DNA from: Eledone cirrhosa
Taxonomy: Eukaryota
Assembly: GCA_964016885.1 (NCBI GenBank)
Contig: OZ024747.1
Span: 69,130,001-69,194,000, forward strand
Reading direction: 5' to 3'
Length of the DNA stretch: 64,000 nucleotides
Numbering within the stretch: the first letter of the stretch is position 1; every line of letters starts with the position of its first letter. The notes beneath the pieces were generated by a model, which was not told where the DNA came from, did not search any database, and saw only the letters and a list, made by a program, of their open reading frames with translations. A program made the position numbers and the translations under genes. Positions 55,050 through 64,000 of the stretch are shown here, in pieces.

Positions 55050-55542
55050 ATGTGTGTGTGTGTGTGTGCATGTGTGTGTGTGTGTGTGTGTGTGTAGCTA
55101 TGACCGTCAATCGCCTTAACGTTAAATACATACAGATGAAATCAAGGCCAAACAGGAACCCAAATAGACGTAAACTATGCACTGACAATCGACCCCATTC
55201 ACCAAATCCAGACAGCTCAACGAAGAATTTCACCACGCACGTCCTTCTATGTACTAAGATATTTGATGTAGGTAAATCTACAGTTTAAAAGATCCGCTAT
55301 GAAAATCTTATGTAAAAAACATTCTGTACTACGTTAACCAGGTATATATATACATATACATTCAGAATAGGGAACGCACAGGTCGAAGACAATGGAAAAA
55401 AAACCCCCAGAAAGACGGACAGTCCAATCTCCTCAGTCAACCTCTAAAAATCACTACGGTTTCGGACTATGAGGTTCATACCCTTCATTCCAGTTCACAT
55501 TGTGACATAACACACACACACATACATATATATACAGAGAGC

Positions 55543-55596
<54 letters not shown>

Positions 55597-55784
55597 GAGA
55601 GAGAGAGAGAGAGAGAGATTTACGGATTTCCATCCATACACGCACATACAAATGCACACATATATGTGTGTGTTTGTGTGTGTATGTGTGTTTGTATATA
55701 TATATGTATATAAAGCACACACACCACACACACACATATATATATATATACACACACACACATATATATATGTATATATGTATA

Positions 55785-55838
<54 letters not shown>

Positions 55839-56425
55839 AAAAACTTTTCATACATATTACCACACAAATATGCTCAAACACACACACGCAGACACACACA
55901 CATATAGATTAACAAGAAGCATCGTTTGATGTCTACCTCAAACTGATGTTATTTCACAGCTGTCTTAGATTAATTCTCCTAGAATCAGACAAACTTTGTT
56001 TTTTCCTTAGCATAACACCAAGAAAAATATAATTTGATAACCATGACTATACATTATATACACATGCATATATACTTGCACGCATGCATACATACATAAA
56101 TACATACACTCAAACATACTTACACACAAACACACACACATATATATATATATGTATATGTGTGTGTATATATATATATACTTACACACGCATACATTTA
56201 AATGTATATATATATATACACACGCACACACACACACATATATATATATGCGTGTGTGTATATGTGTGTATGTATGTATATATATATATATAAATATATA
56301 TACATACACACATATACATATTTATATATATATATTATGTATATATATATGTGTGTGTGTGTATGTGTGTATGTATATATATATATATATCATATATATA
56401 TGTATGTGTGTGTATGTGTGTATGA

Positions 56426-56502
<77 letters not shown>

Positions 56503-56571
56503 TATATATGTACATATCTATTATACACACACATATATATATATATATATGTATATTATGTATGTATATAT

Positions 56572-56605
<34 letters not shown>

Positions 56606-57085
56606 ATATGTATATATATATATTATATATATATGTGTGTATATATATATATATTCAAACATATAAATAAATACAATATAATGTTATATATGAATTTATA
56701 GACACACACTCTTAAATAAATACATACATGTGTATGTGTGACACACACACACATACATATATATATATATTTATATATATATATATGCATGTATGTTCAA
56801 GCTTAATTTTCCAATCAGTTCTCTACTCACTTTTAATAGGCCTGTCGTTAATCCATATATATTAATTTATTAAATACAATAGCCAAAAAGCTGTCTTATT
56901 ACATGGCCACAGTGATTCTAGTGATGTCCTCTTTACACACCATGTCAGCCTAACGTGATTATGGAACAGGTCTGGTTGCTGACTCGGTTCATTGCTGTAG
57001 AATTCTTAATCTTGTTTGTTCTTTTTTTATGTTCGAGCTTGCATGCTTTTGTGTTTACACACACACATATATGTATGTATGTATG

Positions 57086-57119
<34 letters not shown>

Positions 57120-57121
57120 AT

Positions 57122-57153
<32 letters not shown>

Positions 57154-57184
57154 AATATATATATATATATATAATATATATATA

Positions 57185-57229
<45 letters not shown>

Positions 57230-57240
57230 ATATAGATATT

Positions 57241-57272
<32 letters not shown>

Positions 57273-57286
57273 ATATATATATATAT

Positions 57287-57318
<32 letters not shown>

Positions 57319-57345
57319 ATATATATAATATATATATATATAATT

Positions 57346-57387
<42 letters not shown>

Positions 57388-57505
57388 ATTATATATATAT
57401 AATATCTATATATACTCTTTTACCCTTTTACCTGTTTCAGCCATCCGGCTGAGGCCATGCTGGGGCACCGCCCTTTCATATATATATATATATAATATAT
57501 ATATA

Positions 57506-57536
<31 letters not shown>

Positions 57537-57603
57537 AGTTGGCGGAACTAGCATGGGTTTCACTGCTAGGACTGGTTGCATCTCAGCGTACTCAATAGAT
57601 AAT

Positions 57604-57789
57604 TGTTTCTACGTTTGGCACAAGGCCAACAATTAACTAGTGTATTACTGGTACTTTATTTTATCGACCCCGTAAGGATGAAAGGCAAAGTTAACCTCGG
57701 CGGGATTTGAACTCAGAATGGCAAGGGCCGTAACTCTATGCTGGAAAGCATGGCGTCCGACCCTCTACCGATACTGCCAATCCACCGCC
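57604..57789 (-). mobile_element. Full-length family A SINE with 13-bp TSD
   Basis: TSD ctcaatagataat at 57591-57603 and 57790-57802. Confidence 0.93.
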
Positions 57790-58373
57790 CTCAATAGATA
57801 ATGTTAAATAAACTTCCAGAATAGACATATAGTTATCCGCTTCAATACAATGCACGTAAATGGGATATATATGTATAGAGTAAAAGTAATAGAAGGGATC
57901 TGGGAAACGGCAGAGTCTACACTCTAGTTTTGGCAGTAAATCTCATCGGAGCACCGTGTAGAGAATGGCAAATGTCAAAGGCACTGCCACAGAGAACAGC
58001 CTGTGACACCCGTTGCATCAGCCACCCTGCCACACGAAGACCTTCACAGTCAGGATGCCCTCCTTCTGATTTTTAGGAAGAAAAAAAATGGCATTTTGAG
58101 GAAGGAGGACACTAGAGGTCTCGACGGCGATAATCACGAAAAAGAAGCGGTTGGTGAAGTTAATAAGAAATAAAACCGATAGATAAGACGAACACACGAA
58201 CATAGAGAGAGAGAAAGGAATGAAGGATGGTAGGATTCTAAGACACGATATATGTGATATAGGTATTAAAAGAGAAAGAATAATTGGATTGTACTCCCCA
58301 TTTTAATGTCTATGCTTCATAGCGACTGTTCAATTTAACCTTGTTAGAATCTGACTGTAAGTGGCTCCTATAG

Positions 58374-58415
<42 letters not shown>

Positions 58416-58614
58416 ACACACACACACACACCCACACCCACACACCCACACCCACACACCCACACACACACACACACCCACACACACACACCCACACACA
58501 CACATACACACACACAGGTACGTACAGAAGGAGAGAGACAGATGCGTTCGCACGCAATAAAACATGTTATGTGTGTATACACACACACACACACATATAT
58601 ATATATACATATAC

Positions 58615-58653
<39 letters not shown>

Positions 58654-58676
58654 CGCGTGTGTGTGTGTGTAAATAT

Positions 58677-58728
<52 letters not shown>

Positions 58729-59279
58729 GTGAGTAACTTGTTATATATCTGTATATAATATATCTATATATATATACACACAAGTATATATATATATATA
58801 TATATATACATATATGTATATGTATATGTATATGAGTGTCGAATAAGTAAATGTATGTGTTTATATATGTTACACCTATATATGTATATGTCAAAACAGT
58901 TGATCCAATTTGACATATGTTCATATCAAATACTATATGATAGTGGAAAGCGACACTTGTATAAGCTTGCATGTATGGAATACACACAAACACACAAACA
59001 CACAAACACAAACTCACCCATCTACTCACACAGTCATATATATATATATATATGTACACACACATATATATATATATATATACTCACACACACATATATA
59101 TACTTTATTAAAGCCAATCTTGAGTCATCGTGCTCCAGAGTTTCTCCTGTGTAACAAAACTCAAGTTTGGCCTTAATAAAGATATATATATTTATATGTA
59201 TACACACACATATATATAAATATGAATAAAATTAGAGTGATCTTCCAGCCGTCATTGGTATTTCTTCGCATTAAAGATC

Positions 59280-59336
<57 letters not shown>

Positions 59337-59443
59337 TGAAAAATGGAACGGGAACAAAAGAGAGAGGCAGTACAAACAAAGGTTTATTAGTTTCACGCTC
59401 TTGAGAGTGGGGGTGGGTGGGTGGGTGGGGGGTCGACGACGAC

Positions 59444-59475
59444 GACGTTTCGGGCATAAGCCCTTCTTCAGGAGA
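59444..59475 (-). ncRNA. Hammerhead-like variant core in a pLTR-like segment (~59335-59660)
   Basis: Minus strand CUGAAGA-A-GGGC-uuau-GCCC-GAAAC-GUC; no canonical stem I partner; AATAAA downstream, then (TA)n. Confidence 0.55.
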
Positions 59476-60479
59476 AAAGTGGGTAGGAAGAGAGTTCCGA
59501 GGGTGTGTGGGGGAGTGGTGGATAGACATTTAGAAAAGGGGGGGGGGGTAGAGGAAAAACGGTGGAAGGGGTACAAATAAAAATAAAAATAAACATGAAG
59601 ATAAACAAGTGGTGGAAGAGTGTGGGGCGTGTAGGGGTGGTGGCGGGTATATATATTATATGTATACATGAGGTCGGTATTGTAACGTTGCTAGTTTTCT
59701 TCATAAAATATATGAACTTTACATCGTTTTCGACCCCCGACTTAGCCACCAAATTCCGTCATATTTTCCAGTATTTTTATACTTACATATTGAAAAAAAA
59801 TTTAATATAGTTTTCAATATATGAAAAGTGATTCAATCTTGTGAATATTGATAGCCCAAAATATATTGCTGATACATTGTGTTGTTACATTTATTGTTGT
59901 CGGTCTCCTGGTTAATCTTGCTATACTTGATTGATGACCCAAGGCAATCCAGGAATATCCATAGGCTTACGTATTGCTCTATTATCCAATATATTGTCTT
60001 CGGATTTAGGAAGGCGCCATGTTATTTCAGAAGAGACTTTACATTGGCGCATACGGTTCGTCTTTGTAAAAACATATTCTTTGATGAAGTTGTTGTTGTT
60101 ACTGTCGCTGCTGTCGGTTGCTGTTGTTGTTGTCGTTGTTGTTTAGGCCCCAGCTCACACCTGATGCAGCAGATCTATGATGAAAGTGTCCAAACGAATA
60201 TCATACCTCAGTCATTCTTTTTTCAGGTATACTGAGTCTGAGCACAATTAATTCCTATGTAAGCTTTAAAAACAATAGAAAGCCGTAATTTTCTGAAGTT
60301 TTAGCTGTTATTTCTTGCTGTTATTACACTATATTCAGTCAGCATGGATATAGCAAATGCCACATGTAGTAAGTGCCATGTGTAGCAAGGCGTTCTGCAG
60401 AAGGATGATTGGGTGCGACGTTTCGGTATTTAACATAACACACATGTGGCAACTAGAAGATAACTTTGATAGCGAAAAA

Positions 60480-60538
60480 GACGATGACGACAGCGAAAAC
60501 AACGATCATGGTGATGGTGATGATGATGCTGGTGATGG

Positions 60539-60570
<32 letters not shown>

Positions 60571-60765
60571 ATAATGGTGGTGGTGATAATGATGATCATG
60601 ATGATGATGGTGGTGGTGATAATGATGATGGTGAGGTCGACAATGGTGATAATGATGATAATGTTGATGTTTGTGGTGATGGTGATGATGATGATGATGA
60701 TGATAATGATCACGATGTTTTTGGTCACGTTACTAGTAAGTTACATAATGATGATGATGATGATA
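60480..60765. repeat. Degenerate (GAT/GGT)n microsatellite
   Basis: Direct reading. Confidence 0.9.
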
Positions 60766-61233
60766 TAATAATTGTTTTGTTCCGTTTGCACGTGCAAGTT
60801 GATATTTCAAGAGTGTGTGAGTGTATATATGTGTGTATGTTTATGCGGCTGTTTGTGCATGCGTATGATGTATATAAACAGCCGCATGTAAGTTTGTACA
60901 TACACACATGCACACAACAACTCACACCCTACACCTCCTATAACCTACCAAAGAAATCTTGCTCTCTTACCCCCACAATATCCCGTACCTTACTTTCTAC
61001 AGGTAGAGATAGGGAGAGAGGGAGAGAGGGGGAGATAGGGAAAGGGAGGGAGAGAGGGGGAGAGAGAGAGAGTAGAATAAGACTTCAGAAAAATAAAAGA
61101 GAGGGAGGCTGGTGTAGAGAGATAGACAGAGAGCAAGATAGGTAAGGGGAGAGAGTGATAGAGAGTGATAGAGAGTGATAGAGAGTGATAGAGAGAGAGA
61201 AAGAAAGAAAGAAAGGAAAAGAGAGAGAAAGAG

Positions 61234-61320
<87 letters not shown>

Positions 61321-61747
61321 ACTGACAGGTAGAGAGAAAATAAAGTACACGAGGGAAAAGGAGTAAAGGGTAGAGGCGGGGTAGTAAACCAGTGAAGGAA
61401 TGATAAGTAAGTTTTAGAGAGAGGCAGAGAAAGATAGATAGAACTTAAGAGACAGCGGGGAAAATATGTCGTTTCTGGCATATAATACAGCATTTATCAA
61501 GTTTACTTAGATCAGGTGTCGGCAACAGGTTGGCGGCGACCCACCACTTGGCAAGGGTATTTAGCCGGTAACAGACATTTTGAAATTTAATTTCTGTTAG
61601 ATATGATACAAATAACATATAAAAGCATGGACTAAATAAATATGGATATTTAAAAAAATCTAAAGTTGATCGCACAAAAACAAATTGTTGATCTCTGCCT
61701 TTAAAATAACAGATTTTACTAGTCACAACGAATCTGTACTTCGGAAT

Positions 61748-61815
<68 letters not shown>

Positions 61816-61940
61816 GTAATGCATATATATATATATTGCATATACATATATTGCATATATATATTCATTTATTTATATATATATATTTATTTTTTATATT
61901 TATGTATATATATATTCATTTATTTATTTATTTATATATA

Positions 61941-62010
<70 letters not shown>

Positions 62011-62427
62011 AGTGTGTCTTTCTTGCCGTGTTTTCACTGTTCTATATACACACACACGTATAAATGACCTGGGCGGATTCTTCTTCGAGGAAACCTTACG
62101 CGGTGGTCACATACTACTAAAACTACTGGTCGCATTGTAACAATTCAGTTCTAACAACGTTATCAGCCCCACACAAGCAGGTGGAATACGATATACATAC
62201 ATACATACATACATACATACATACATACATACATACATACACACATACATACAAATATATGTATATATATTTTTTTCTTCCGTACAACCTCATTTAAGCT
62301 GAAGATCCGAATAAGGTGAAACAATTGTTTTCGGTAATGGCGAACTAACAGTTGTGGAACTAAAGATCACTGATGAAGGACTAACTTTATTCATATGTAA
62401 CCCGTTAGCAACCCCGCAGCACGTTTT

Positions 62428-62482
<55 letters not shown>

Positions 62483-62553
62483 TAGAAGGGATATTCAATT
62501 TGTTAGTAATTCAACAAATATAAATGACCCCACGACAAGTTTTCTGGAGTATA

Positions 62554-62791
62554 ATATTCAATGATATTTAATAAATGGAAACTATATTTATAAAACCATA
62601 TTTATTCTATTATATATAGTTCAAGGAACACTTGAACCGTTAAGGTCCTTGGTTATGTCAAAATTTATAAAACACACTTCGTATTTTATCTGATGAAAGC
62701 GTACCAAAGTTTTGGTACCCTTGAAATATATATAATAGAATAAATATGGTTTTATAAATATAGTTTCCATTTATTTAATATCATTGAATAT
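62554..62791. repeat. 73-bp inverted repeat around a hammerhead
   Basis: Arms 62554-62626 / 62719-62791, 2 mismatches. Confidence 0.88.
62682..62742 (+). ncRNA. Type I hammerhead ribozyme (intact core; homolog of 33.7 kb)
   Basis: Stem I uauuuuau/auagaaua; CUGAUGA 62690-62696; stem II aag.guaccaa/uugguac.cuu; GAAA 62723-62726; AU-auau-AU; cut after AUA at 62734. Confidence 0.85.
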
Positions 62792-63022
62792 ATATATATA
62801 TATACACACAAACACACACACAAGTGGTACGACTTCATATAGATCGTTCGTTATTTATATCGATCACCCCGCAAAGTGAAACAATTGAAACATTCTCTGA
62901 CTTATTTTATCATTTTCAATATAATAAATAAAACTTCCGAGATCACATAAATATTTTATTCTGTGACTAAACTAAATGCTTAGATATTACGAAACAATTT
63001 TCATAAGCAATTTTGATTTAAA

Positions 63023-63201
63023 ATAATTGTTTCTACTTTAGGCACAAGGCCAGCAATTATCCAGTACATTACTGGTACTTTATTTTATCGACCCCGTAAG
63101 GATGAAAAGCAAAGTTAACCTCGGCGGGATTTGAACTCAGACCGCAAAGGGACGTAACTATACTGGAAAGCATGGTGTCTGACGCTCTACCGATTCTGCC
63201 A
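63023..63201 (-). mobile_element. Family A SINE, short form
   Basis: Core and tail intact. Confidence 0.88.
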
Positions 63202-63224
63202 TTTAATATATATATATTATATAT

Positions 63225-63408
63225 GAAAATGTTCAAGACCCCGACGGCAGAGCTCAAGCCGTTTCGACGCCTATTTCAGGAAATAGCCATCGAAACGGCT
63301 TGAGTTCTGCCGCTTGAACATTTCCCTATTACCCACTCTACTACCCTAAATATTGAGTACTCTGGAGCGTTATGATCCACCTGGTTCCTTACCACATTTC
63401 TTTCGTTT
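63225..63408 (+). mobile_element. Palindromic half-hammerhead element, copy 3
   Basis: Same arms and tail as 34.0 kb, with central and right-arm deletions; flanked by (TA)n. Confidence 0.78.
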
Positions 63409-63419
<11 letters not shown>

Positions 63420-63449
<30 letters not shown>

Positions 63450-63528
63450 ATGTAAGTATATGTATATAGGTATATTCATATATATATATGTGTGTGTGTG
63501 TGTATGTATGTAAGTATATGTATATAGG

Positions 63529-63563
<35 letters not shown>

Positions 63564-63595
63564 ATGTATGTAAGTATATGTATATAGGTATAGTC

Positions 63596-63627
<32 letters not shown>

Positions 63628-63659
63628 ATGTATGTAAGTATATGTATATAGGTATATTC

Positions 63660-63691
<32 letters not shown>

Positions 63692-63807
63692 ATGTATGTA
63701 GGTATAGTCATATATATATATATGTGTGTGTGTGTATGTATGTAAGTATATATATATATATGTGTGTGTGTGTGTATGTATGTAAGTATATGTATATAGG
63801 TATATTC

Positions 63808-63868
<61 letters not shown>

Positions 63869-63877
63869 GGTATAGTC

Positions 63878-63911
<34 letters not shown>

Positions 63912-63945
63912 ATGTATGTAGGTATAGTCATATATATATATATAT
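63420..63945. repeat. Compound (TA)(TG)(TATG) minisatellite
   Basis: Recurring gtatgtaagtatatgtatataggtata landmark. Confidence 0.9.
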
Positions 63946-64000
63946 GTGAGTATGCCAGAAACACGTGCAATACCTCACATATAGAGATTAAGTATGACAG

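Noticed and set aside
60357-61145. 262-aa Asp/Gly-rich ORF
   Set aside because: Built from (GAT/GGT)n and (GA)n tracts.
62370-62400. CTGATGAAGGACTA hammerhead start
   Set aside because: No matching stem II 3' strand or GAAA follows; a fragment at most.

Overview
AT-rich, microsatellite-saturated eukaryotic non-coding DNA. The repeat content resembles an Octopus-like cephalopod (inference from SINE sequences). No host protein-coding gene can be supported; nearly all listed ORFs are translations of (TA)n, (CA)n, (GA)n or (CATA)n tracts. Real content: (1) a 5'-truncated, disrupted R4/Dong-type non-LTR retrotransposon (RT plus restriction-like endonuclease, ~17.8-20.4 kb, minus) in a (CATA)n tract; (2) roughly 30 or more copies or fragments of a tRNA-derived SINE, one with a 13-bp TSD; (3) hAT and Tc1/mariner MITEs with visible TIRs and TSDs; (4) mini- and microsatellites. 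Most notable is a dense set of type I hammerhead ribozyme (HHR) motifs from several unrelated short repeat families lying next to (TA)n tracts. Six have intact cores (33.7, 34.4, 36.6, 46.6, 51.3, 62.7 kb) and several more are degenerate. One lies just downstream of a decayed Penelope-like GIY-YIG endonuclease. A three-copy palindromic element looks like an HHR whose CUGANGA half was replaced by an inverted copy of its own 3' half. All structures were folded by eye, and repeat boundaries are approximate unless a TIR or TSD is quoted.
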